NCBI GenBank assembly: GCA_043228905.1 | Contig: JBHGNT010000001.1 | Span: forward strand, 28,272,001-28,336,000 | Length of the DNA stretch: 64,000 nt | Source: Azolla caroliniana | Taxonomy: Eukaryota; Plantae; Polypodiophyta | Direction: 5' to 3' | Shown here: piece after piece, positions 10,689 through 22,400 of the stretch | Position numbering within the stretch: position 1 is the stretch's first letter | How the letters are laid out: every line of letters begins with the position of its first letter | Made by a program: the position numbers and the translations under genes | The notes under the pieces: model-generated | Seen by the model: the letters and a program-made list of their open reading frames with translations, nothing else | What the model was told of the DNA's origin: nothing | Databases searched by the model: none

Positions 10689-13600
10689 TTGGTATCCTCT
10701 TTTTGACCTCAGGTAAATCTGGAACACAAACCTACCCATTACGGTAGAGCAGACCATTAGCAATGTGGAAGTATTCCTTCGAGGATGTGGTGGTGTCTGT
10801 TCCAGACTCAACTCTTGCCCAGTATTTTGCAAAATAACTGTCATCAGGATACTTCCCTCGAAGGTGATCATAAAGATCTCATGTTATTTCAATGAAGCTA
10901 AGCATGTTAACTTCACGGATGCGACTTAGTGCATCAGCGACAGTATTCATGGAACCTTTACGATATCGTATGGAAAAATCAAAGTCTTGGATGAGATCTG
11001 CCCATCGTGCCTTACGACCTTTCAGGTCTTGTTAGTCACAAAAATATTTCAAGGACTCATGGTCCGTAGTTACCACAAAGCGATTTCCATAAAGATAATG
11101 GCGCCATGTTTTGAGTGCATGTATAACTGCAAATAATTCCTTTTCTTGAACGGTATACCGACATTGAGCAGAATCAAGTTTCTTACTCTTGAATGCTATT
11201 GGTTTACCATCTTGATATAAGACAGCACCTATAGCATAATCGCTTGCATCGGTTTCAACCTCAAAAGGTTTTGAAGGATCGGGTACAAGAAGTGAAGGAG
11301 CCTTGCATACCAGGTCCTTGAGTTCCTTAAAGGCGAGGTCTAGTGTAGCATTCCACACAATAGGTTTTGTAGACTTACGCGTTTGACCTTTTAGAAGATC
11401 AGTAAACGGCGTCGTCAATTGGGAGTAATTACGAAGGGATTTTCGCAAAAACCCAACAAAACCAAGGAATGATCAAACTTCTCGAATGTTCCGAAGAGTG
11501 GGCCAAAGCTTGATTTTCTCGATGCGAGAAGGATCAATTTCAACTCCTCGTTCGGTTATGAGATGTCCAAGATAAGTAATTCATTTCTTGAAGAACTCAC
11601 ATTTTGAGATCTTCACATAAAACTGTTTGTCATGCAATGTTTGTAAAACAAAGCGAACATGTTTAGCATGTTCTTGTAATGTACAGCTATAAACTAAAAT
11701 ATCATCCAAGAAAATAACGACAAATTTTCCAAGTTGTTCTCAGAAAATGTCATTCATTTCTTGTTGAAATGTAGTCGGAGCATTGGTCAAACCAAAAGGC
11801 ATAACCAGAAACTCATAATGGCCATAGCGCGTACAAAATGTTGTTTTAGGAACATCGTCCTCACTTATACGAATTTGATGGTAGCCAGTACGGAGATCAA
11901 GTTTCGTAAAATACCGAGCTCCCTGGAGACGGTCAATTAGATCGTCAGCCCGGGGCAATGGATACGAATTCTTGATCGTCACATTATTCAAGCGTCGGTA
12001 ATTAATACACATACGCCATGTGCCCTCTTTCTTTTTAACCAACAGAACTGGTACACCCCATGGAGATTTACTATAATGTATATAAACCCATTCGTAAATA
12101 GTCCTTGAGTTGCTTAGATACCTCATCCTCTTCGGATCGACTTAAGCGAAAAGGAGGTATACTTATTGGTGCAACACCAGGTACAATTTCTATACGATGG
12201 TCTATATTACGTTTAAGAGGTAAGCCATCTGGTAGTTCACTCGGAAAAACATCACGAAAATCATTTAAGACTTCATCAAGTTGTTGTTGTTCAAAATATG
12301 TTAATTGAACCGAGACATTATCGATATTGTAAACGTGAATGTCCGGATCAAGTGCACAATAAAATAGAGTTGAACAAGACAACTCGGATATTGATGGACA
12401 CGAGGAAACAATCGAGAGGGATTGTTTTTTTACACATTGAATAAAATGAGTACAATCGTTCAATACAAATGTAATTGAATGATGAACCCAATCAATAGAT
12501 AAAGAAGAGCTTTTATTATAAAACCAAGGATAACCCAGTATTACATCAGTGGTAGAAAGATTCATTACATGGAAGTCTACTTCCTCTATATAAGTGTCAA
12601 TAAAAATTCCTAATGAATGAATCGCCCCGTTGATGTATTGTACTCTTCCATCAGCCAAGTGCACCGTGTAGGTGTGATCACTTACGGTGGGTTGGATTCC
12701 CCATATCTGAACCAAACGATCATTCACAAAGTTGTGTGAGCTTCCCGAATCAAATAAAAATTGTACGGGAGATCCATTGATATACCCGTTTGCACGTAGT
12801 AAATCATTGGGACCCAATACATAGTGAGGGAAAGAACATTGACAATTACTTAAATGATGTGTATAGACCTGAAGGACATTAGGAATCTGACCTTTATGGT
12901 TTGCAGGTTTAGCTTTGTTGTCGTGCTCTTTCCGTTGGAGCTTTCGACATTGATCTTTTGTATGACCCTTCTTTGTGCAGAATACGCAAAAAGGATGTTG
13001 TCACTTACAATCGCGATCCATGAATTTGTTGGGTGTCTTGCGTTTCCCAACGAATTGCGACTGCTTAGTCCCGGGCGCTTCGTTGGGTTTGTTGTGGTCC
13101 TTCTTCTAAGTGCGTTGATAGCGAAGAACTATTTCAACGGCCTCTTCGAAGGATTTTGGATCCTTATCGTGCACTATCCAGTGATAGTCCGAATTGGGGA
13201 TGCCATTGACAAAACAAGCTATTAACCTGTTGTCCCCTTCTAGACCCAATTTTTGGATTTGGGTTCTAGCATGGTGGACATAGTCTTCCAGCGAGGAAAA
13301 CTTCCTGCTAGAGAGGTTCATTAAAGCTTGTGTTGCCTCGGTTTGAGAGGGCTGCCACCAAGCGGCGGCCTTACCCCCTAGTTCTCGGCCGACATATGCA
13401 ATCTTCGTACTATCTAGCGTGGGATAGATCTCAAAATGAGACTCCCATCGGCCCAGCCACGTGCAAATTGCTTCTTCGGTTCTTTCCTTTTTGTCTCCCG
13501 TAAATGGCTTAACGACAAACGATGGTTCATCCTGTCGCTCATCAGGTCTATTAGTCTCACGTTGTAAACTAATGACACGTGCCTCGAGAGCACTTTGAGA

Positions 13601-15098
13601 TTGCCGAAGTTCGGTCATCTGTTGAGCGGTGAAACTAAGGTATTGGGTTATTTGCGAAAAATACATCTCAATGGACATTTGTCCAGGAAGATTCCCTTGA
13701 GCGGATGACATCGGGTCGTTATTTTGACCCATTAAATGATTATTTCTGGAAAAGAAATAGGATAAGGTTAGAGAGATAGTCATAACATCATGTCGTGATG
13801 TAAACATATCATGGGCAAACATTAATCGATATCATGATCTCACGTCAATACCTCTCTAGACGTATGAGATGAGGTTCAAGATCAGGTTACTATGGTTACA
13901 CAAAGGTGTTTTAAAAACCATGGGGGTGACAAATAAATTTCTTTCCCTGATCTCTATATCGATTTTTTCATGGTGGCTCCCCGAGGCTCAACCATGTATG
14001 TTCGCGTCATGAACTTATATACACATATGTATATTATCACATATATACGATCAACTACGTATACACGTGACCACATATGCCTATATTAAAGAAATCGTTA
14101 TATTTAATAGCCAAAAATGACGTAATCGAGATACGTAATCTAGGCATATACCTCTACGCACACAAGACATCAAAAAATTAGGGTTCAACGTAATACGCAA
14201 TTGAGGTATTGACCTCTTACACATACGATACCAAACGCATATCATTTACAACAAAATCGAGGTGTTGACCTCATACGCAAACGTAACATATGTTCGTGAA
14301 CGTAATACGTAATTGAGGTATTAACCTCGTACGTATACGACACTCATCACATATTATTTATATGTCAAATGAGGTATTGACCTTGTGCACATATGTAAGC
14401 GTTTTAGATAACCAATTAAATACCACTACAACATCATTTAATTAATGAAAATAATCTACATATTAACCATACACATGATTAGATGGGAGAAGAAAAAATA
14501 GACCAAAAATAACAAGAAAGATTACCGAAGTTCCTTGTTGATCCTTATCTGCATGAAGGCTAACCGCACAACGATCGATCGTCATCCATCGAGAAGATAA
14601 GACCAACAAAAGAAACATTAGTACAAACGCTCGGATACCAAATATTAGAGACATGTACTAAAGTAAGCATTAGATAAGGATAGATCTAGGTAGATAGAAA
14701 GAAAGGAGAGAGAGAAAGAAGGGTGTCAATCCACCCGACCACCCCCGAACGAAGGGATCGAGACGGACTCGAGCCTCGATTGGCGTCCCATACCATCGCC
14801 GTGGTGTCGAGTCATACCTTGTGCTAGCACACTCACTACAAGAGTTGACCCACCACAAGACAGAGTCTCGACGTAGTTCACCCGATGATCAAATGAGGGT
14901 AGCTAGGCCTCTTATTTATAGCGATACACAAGGTCCCCAGGCAAGTTCACACTTGGCCTAATGGGTTGTCTAAATCCCGAGGATTAAAAGTAATCCTCCC
15001 CTTCTTTACACTCTCGTTTAACCCTCACACTTATCCACGTGTATAGAATACTACGGTAAATTCTCACCACGGGATATTATATGGTCATGCCCGTAACA
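10689..15098 (-). mobile_element. Second Ty3/gypsy element (AT-rich, tRNA-iMet primed): 5' LTR + gag-pro-RT-RNase H, truncated before the integrase core
   Basis: 5' LTR about 15098-14643 (TGTTACGGG.. on the minus strand); PBS TGGTATCCGAGC 14640-14629; gag ORF 13822-13106 with knuckle CVFCTKKGHTKDQC near 12950-13000; LFDSGS; [36 protein letters not shown]; RNase H VETDAS, EKEL, TDHESL. Confidence 0.92.
14195..14390. repeat. 4 x ~56-bp repeat, each carrying a GAGGT-N4-ACCTC hairpin, in the gypsy 5' UTR
   Basis: gaggtattgacctc (~14204), gaggtgttgacctc (~14259), gaggtattaacctc (~14315), gaggtattgacctt (~14371). Confidence 0.8.
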
Positions 15099-16305
15099 AC
15101 GCGAATGAACAGTCAAAGCCTGTTGGCACCCCTCTTGCTCCTCATTTCAAGCTTAGTGCACCTTTATCGCCGAAAAATGATAAGGAACAAGAAAACATGT
15201 CAAAGGTTTCGTATGCAAATGCTATTGGTAGCTTGATGTATGCTACGGTGTGTACAAGGCTTGACATTTCACAAGCAATTGGAGTTGTAAGTAGATATAT
15301 TTATAATCCCGATAAGGAACATTGACAAATTGTGAAATGGATTCTACGGTATTTTCTCAAGACCATGGATGTTGGTCTAATGTTTCAACGGGATGAAGAT
15401 AATGGTCAATTCAATGGTTGTTGGGTTCTACGACTCAAAGTATGTTGCTGATTTGGATAGGCATTGATATGTGATTTGGAAGTCTACTTTACAATCAATA
15501 ATGCTTGTATCTACAACAGAAGCAAAGTACATGGTAGTTTTTGAGGTTGTTAAAGAAATAATTTGGCTTCAAGGATTGCATGATGAACTAGGAGTACATT
15601 GTGATAGTCAAAGTGCTTTCCATTTAGCAAACAATCAAGTTTATCATGGAAGGACAAAACACAATAACGTTAAGTATCACATCATTAGAGTAATTCTAGA
15701 GGACAATCGAGTTTCAATTTAGAAGATTAAGACTAGTGAAAAAGTTTGCAAACATGATGACAATTGTCAAGTTCAATCCTTGTTTGGACTTGATAAATGT
15801 TTTGAAAATTGGAAGTTTGGTACTTGCAAAGCGCATTGGAAGACACTACCAAAGATTGTGTTGTGAGAAGATGAAAAATTTGAAGATGTGGGAAGGTCCC
15901 AAAGGTAGAGATTTGTGGATGGTGGCTCCCTTTTCCCATATCCCACATTGAAAGGTGTAGGAAGGGAGGGAGGAGTATGGGCCAATTTTGGGTCTTAGAA
16001 GACATTAATATATCTTTCTTTCTTTCTCATATCCCACGTTGAAAGGTTTCGGAAGGATGAGGGGAGCCGTGTATTATAAATTGGAATCTCTTCCCTTCTA
16101 AGCTTTACTCATCTAGATTAGTTTTGTCTTGTTTCTTCATTCATTTGTAGTGTTTCTTAGCGAAACATTAATCTTGGTAGTGTTTAAGGACTTAGGCAAA
16201 ATATGCTGAACCTCTTTAAATTTCTGGTGTCTTTTATTTCTCGTAATTTTTTTTGCTTTTATTAAATAGCTTTATTTTGGTTAAATATTTTCTGCTTCCA
16301 CAACA
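15099..16305 (+). mobile_element. Degenerate Ty1/copia RT-RNase H remnant with PPT and 3' LTR (about 15914-16305)
   Basis: KPVGTPLAPHFKLS, YANAIGSLMY, STTEAKY, CDSQSAFHLA, HGRTKH, with stops. Purine tract AAAGGTAGAGA is followed by TGTGGAT...CCACAACA. Confidence 0.85.
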
Positions 16306-16423
16306 TAGAGGAAGTGAGAGAGATACACACATATACTTTTCTAGTTTCCATGAATTCATTCCTGGGTTGGATCAGGGGTGTCGGGTATGCTTGATGAAGG
16401 GGACAGAAAGTAACGACAAGAAC

Positions 16424-19400
16424 CTAATTGAAATGCACAATGTAGCAGGGTAGAAGTTGGTCCCCTTTCTTGAGGACGAAAATGTCCTTGGTTTCACCAA
16501 AAGTGTGATGAACATCCTTTGATCCACATACAGCACGAGACAAGAGCATCATCCGACTTGTCTTAGCATACTGCATGGCTGTCTCTGGATTCACAGCCAC
16601 ATACACGCCCTTCCCATAAACGCATCCGGTTTTCATTGCCACTTCTTCACCACCCACTTTGAACCCTTCTCTTATAATCTTGTCTATGGCCTCCTTGCTA
16701 GTCCCATGAAACACAAGCCTCTCAGCGACTTTCCCGCCGCTTTGTCCAATCTCTTTCTTCCTCGCCTCGAACTTTTGTTCGAGAATAGAAGACCTTGTGT
16801 ACTCCACCTCCTTGATCTGAGTTAGTGAGGGACAATTATATGCAGTAAGGGAAAAACACACCAAAACATTATATACAACCCCCAAAATTTCACAAAAAAA
16901 GTACAAGAATACTCCTATGTTTGCAGAAGCAGGGTTAAGTTTTTGGACTGCAAAGGGCTAATTTTTATGCCATTTTAAACTGATTCCACATTACCATATT
17001 CTTTCCTCCATGGAGACTGCACATTCTGAGAAATTGTGATTCAGCAAATCGGTAATGCATCTCATCGGCAGTGAAGCCACTAAACCCCGAGGATGAAGAT
17101 GCATTTAGCATTCGCCTTTCGAAGTCTACATTAGATTCACTAAGCCCCAATGTCTGTACTCCGAGATCGCCACATTTCAAGTTGTCATAGTACACGATGT
17201 ATCTTGGTATAGCTTGACTTGGATCATAGACAATAAACTCATCATACTGGGTTCCTTGAGTGCCTCTGCTGTTTCTCATGGAGAAGACCGAATCGTATCC
17301 TTGTTTCCTCACTGTTGCAAGATTAAGATCTTGCTTAGCTGTCTTTAAGCTGCAGAGACAATAAATGTTTCAATGGAAATGAGGGTTCTGTTCACATGAC
17401 AGTTTTTTGAGCTATGTATTTCACTATGTTCAGATATGTTCACTTTGTTTACCTCCAGGGTGTGCCAAGCAATACTTCACACAGCAAGAGCTTATTCGAA
17501 CCCTTTGTATATAAGCTTTGTGCACTCTTGGATGAGTCTGTCGCGAAGTAACACCCCTGCAGGAAGAGTGAATCTGCAGGTTTAATTATCTAAGTTTCTG
17601 GTCTTTCTAATCAGGCTCAGCTATTCCATTATAGTTTTTACCACGAGTTTTATACAGCTAGTTGACATGAAAATAGATGCAGATGCTAGATTCATCTAAA
17701 AATCTCCCTACATTTATCAAATAACTTTGTTACATATGGTTCAAATCATTTTGATGATCCTCGAACACATGCCTTTATCTTGCTGAGATTCCAATAGGCC
17801 ATATCTTCAGACTTTGAGTTAACAAATAGAGGTCAAGAAAGAAAGAGAATACAAACCTCATTATGTGTTAAGCAGCTTTAAAAATAAGAGACAGATACTG
17901 AACGTCCAAGTCATTCATTTGAACCTCGGATCTTACCTGGCCGAACATGTTCTTTGCTTCGGCAGGGGGCAGTCGAAATCCATTATGAGTGATGCCCTTA
18001 ACCCCCTCATCGCTGGTTCCGTGGAAGAGGAGCTGTGTTGGTGCTGTTGGATCTATCAGTTCTTTCTGTGCTTTGAGGAATGCCAATTCCAGTTTTATAT
18101 TTGTAACTTTCTCTACTCTCCTTACGATGGGAAGAGTTTTATGATCTGGTTGAATGAATTTTTCTGTTCGGTCTTTGACCTGCCATTTCACAAATCTAAC
18201 CAAGCATTAGACTGCCATGTAATTTATTATTTTAAAATTTGAAGGGAAGAAGACGTCTGACTGACCATGCAGTACTCAGCTGCGGTTTCACCTTCAGGTA
18301 AGAGTTCTTTAAAGAATGGGCCATCAGCATTCTCCTTTCCAAGGTTTTGTATCTCAATGTCAATGGTTTTCATCTTCTCTTCTAGTTTTTTCCTTTGAAG
18401 CTCTTTCTCTTTCATGTCTAGAATTTTTTTTATATCATCACATTTCTGGCAAACCTTGGAAATACATTCCATGCCACACGGTAAAGTACAAGGATGACCA
18501 CATGCCAATGTCTTGCTACATGGGTATTTGCATACGAGAACGCTTGATTTATTCTCTGTTTCTTCCCAACATTTGCAATTGATTGAATGACCGCATCCTT
18601 CAAGTGTTAGCCATACCATCTCATCACACCTCATGCTGTCATCTGCTACTGAGCAGATCTTGGTTGTAGAATGCTGGCATCTCTTAAAAGTAAAGCGTAC
18701 AATCTCTTTACAAGGAGGGTGGGCTCTACCGTGACATAGGGCTTTGCAATAATGGAGGCATGCTAATTCAGAATTACATGGTCTTTTGCATACCGCAGTA
18801 GTTGAAAACGTATGTGCATCTTTCTGGTGCAATTCAATTCTGGGTTCATTGGGATGTCGGGGACAAGTTAGAAATATTGTTTCTCCCAGCAAGTTTTGTT
18901 TCCGGAAACACTCATCAATAAGTTTTCTCCAGTCTTGTGACCCATGGGACAAGGTCTTTGCATTCCCACATACATAGAAACCACTTCTAGCTCTCGATAC
19001 TGCAACACATAGTCGATTGGCTTCTTTCATATAGCCAATATTACCTTTTGCATTAGATCGAACCGTTGACACAATGATAATGCGATTTTCTGATCCCTGC
19101 AAAGATACTACACTGATCAAGAACCCTTCATCTTCCCATACTTCTATCCAGGAATGGTTCATCCGTCATATCATGGGTCATGAATCATGATGGTTAGTGA
19201 TTTGTACATTGATCAATGGTTCAATAATACCTGAAAACGATCAATGCTTTGTACATTGATAACGGACTCTCCCGCTCCAAGAGCAGCCAACATTTTTTTC
19301 AGAAGAGTGACCTAGATGCAGAGGTAAAAGAATGTAAGCATCCAAGAAAGACTCTTTCTTTACTAAACACTCCAAGGAGAAAACATCACTACATTACATA

Positions 19401-22400
19401 AGGACACACCATGTTGGGTGATGACATGGAGAAAGGAGATGTATGAATACCTGTCCATTATATGCACAAATTACAGAAATCTCCTCGTGCCTGATTCCTT
19501 CTGATAATAACCATTTTGACAATGCAACAACCATGTGTGCTTCATGCTCGTTGGCAGGACTGTGTCCTTGTTTTTCTACACGCTCATGATCCCAGAAGTA
19601 CATTGTAGAATTCATGCATTCTGCTGGTTGATTTCTTTGGCCATTTACCGCCTCTATATTGGTCTTGAGGTTTGGATACATTGGCAAGACCATGCCCAGA
19701 AATTCCTCTCTCATCCGAGATTGAAGACCCAATGTTTGGTACGGTAAATTGTTTACCACAAGTCTCTCCAGCATCGAAATTCCAAAATTATGGCTGAAAG
19801 TTTAGTGCACATACATGCGTAAGAATTGCGTGAAAAGAAACAAAAAACTGTGCTCAATGTTTATGGTTGATAAAAGGTTACGGAATAACTTTTTCACAAG
19901 AGAATAACAGTTGACCGATGGCCGGAGTTGTTTATGATCCCCAACAAGTATAAGATGTTCGACATTTGGATAAAGGACTCCCATTATTTGAGGCTCTAAA
20001 ATTTCTCCAGATTCGTCAACTAGTATAATTGATGGAGTAACAGCCGCTAGAAGATCTTCGTAAATTGCAGCACCCTGTGATTATTTCCCCCATCAGCTTT
20101 CACTGTTTCATGGCTGCTCATAGAACCACTATTGGCAGATTGCGGGGAGAAAACAGACAGAAAACAACTATTGGCTTACAGGCATCGGCAATTATAATAA
20201 ACGGATGGAAAAAAAAACTGAAGTTACAGCTCTAATCTCTAATTTCACTCAATAGTTTTCGTGCCTGATCGACAAAATACACGAAACCATTGATTACAAC
20301 CACAGCAATCAGGTCCATCCCTCTTGTAACCGATATAAATTTATATAATCTGGATAAGCTTATATATACAAAATATAGTTACTTCATCTATCATGAGCTA
20401 ACTTACAGTTGTGGTCATTCCAATGATCTTTGCGTTTTTCAAAATGGCAACCTTCTTTTGCTTGTTAATTTCCGTATTCTCAATGCACAGCTGATCATAC
20501 TCTGCCTTTAAACTTGCTAACTTCTTGACATTCTCTTCAAGGTCTCTTGTCATTATCACGAGCATCAGCATACATCGCTGTTCTTTTGAGAGCTCCCATG
20601 GGTCTGCCTCAAGAAGCCAAGTATACCCAGTTGCATCAAACTACAGTAAAAAGGAAGAACTTCAGCATGTTTATCCTCACAAAGACTGTTTTGGATACGC
20701 TACTTGAGTATGTACATACATTAATCAGTGAAAGCCCTTGCATGGTTTCTTTCTTTTGAAGGTCTTGGAACCTCAACATATTGTTAAGAAAATCCTGACG
20801 CTTTCCTGACTCTTTTTGGTAGACTTCATCAACAAAAGCCTCAGGAACTTCGTCATTTTCATCATTTCCAGAGGTTTCCCTTTCCTTCTCCATGGACATC
20901 TGTGATACTGCTGCAGCTTTTGAAAAAGAGCTTTTCTGAATGGATGATAAGCCAGCTTGAACAGCACGAAATACACTCTGCTGTGGCATCCATTCTTTAA
21001 GACGCTTTGAGAATTCTTTCGCCATTTTATCTTCGTCTACAGTTATCTCCATCTCATCTACATTTCCTCCATTTGCGAATAGAAGTTTATGCAGAAACCC
21101 TCGAAACGATGGGTTTGAGATTATGGTCTCTATACTAAGACTTTGACATTTATGCAACGCGATCAAAGCTTCTTCACATTTAGTTTGAAGATTTTGCAAC
21201 ATGTCGCGATTCATTTTTTCATCAGATGAGAACCACTTATTGCTAATATCCGACCTCAAGAGATTTGCTAGATTGCAGTCGGCCATTGTACAACTTTTAC
21301 TCCCTCCCCCAACCCGCACAAGCTCACCAGGCTTGCAAAACTTTTGGCACGATCCTAACAACGCATCCAGAGCCAAGTTCTTGTATGTCAAAATTAATAT
21401 CGGTTTATTTTCCCGTGTGTTAGCAGAAAGAATGAGCTGAATGAGTCTTAGCGAGAGAAATGATTTTCCTGCTCAAAAGGAATCCACTGTCAGGGATCAG
21501 AAACATCTTTGCTCAGATATTTTGAACTGGAAATGTGCTACCACAATGAAATCCTTGTTTACAACTCTCTAACCAACATGCAGTATAAGACACGTATGTT
21601 ATGAGGTATCCATAGCAAACTTTGATGGGGTGGTTTGAATCTAAAATGCAGTGTCAATATGGACTACTCACTCTGCATACTATTCTCCACCTAAATGTAT
21701 TCACAGTGCAGAATAGGGTTCATGTTACCCCATACAAATCTCATTTTCCTGTTCAAGGAGAACCTGGAATCATCGGTAGCACATTCTTGAGAACATCGTC
21801 TATAGCAGAGTTAAATGGACGAAAGATATGGTCTATAGCACACTCTTCTAAGGATATGTTATTAAATATGATGAGAGTTAAATTCTCTCGGGAGTAATTT
21901 ACATACAACTAATTAAGAAAAGGCGTTATTAATTTGACATATCATTGGACATCTTTTTAATCACCGCAAGCTGACGCTTGACCACAGCATCCATGCAAGT
22001 ATCAAATTGGGAATGAATGGAAAATAGTTTTCTTACTTGCTTCCCCAAGAATCAAGATGTGGTATCAATATGAAAGAATTTACATACTACTCTCTAACTA
22101 GAATGTAGGATCAGTATCAAATAACCTGCATATTACACCATAACCAGAATGCAGAGTTGATATGATATAGATTGCCTACTAATGCTCTCTACAACTCAAA
22201 TTCAATTGGTTAATTACTCAACTGACCTGTTCCAGGAGGACCCTGAATCATTGCTAGCCGATTCTTGAGAACATGATTAATTGCATCAATTTGGGTAGGG
22301 TCTAGAGTTGTTGTAAATCCACTCAAAGACTTCACTTTGAGCTCATTGACTCCTGCTAAAAAATTGCCAAAGGTATTGCTTCCACCAGACTGAGTAGCAT

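Noticed and set aside
14195-14390. CRISPR-like palindromic repeat with spacers
   Set aside because: Eukaryotic retrotransposon leader, spacers resemble each other, short core, no cas genes.
16424-18203. Stand-alone PARP or RCD1/SRO gene separate from the helicase
   Set aside because: An 86-nt GT-AG intron (18265-18180) joins it in frame to the zinc-finger exon; no independent start and no WWE or RST domain.
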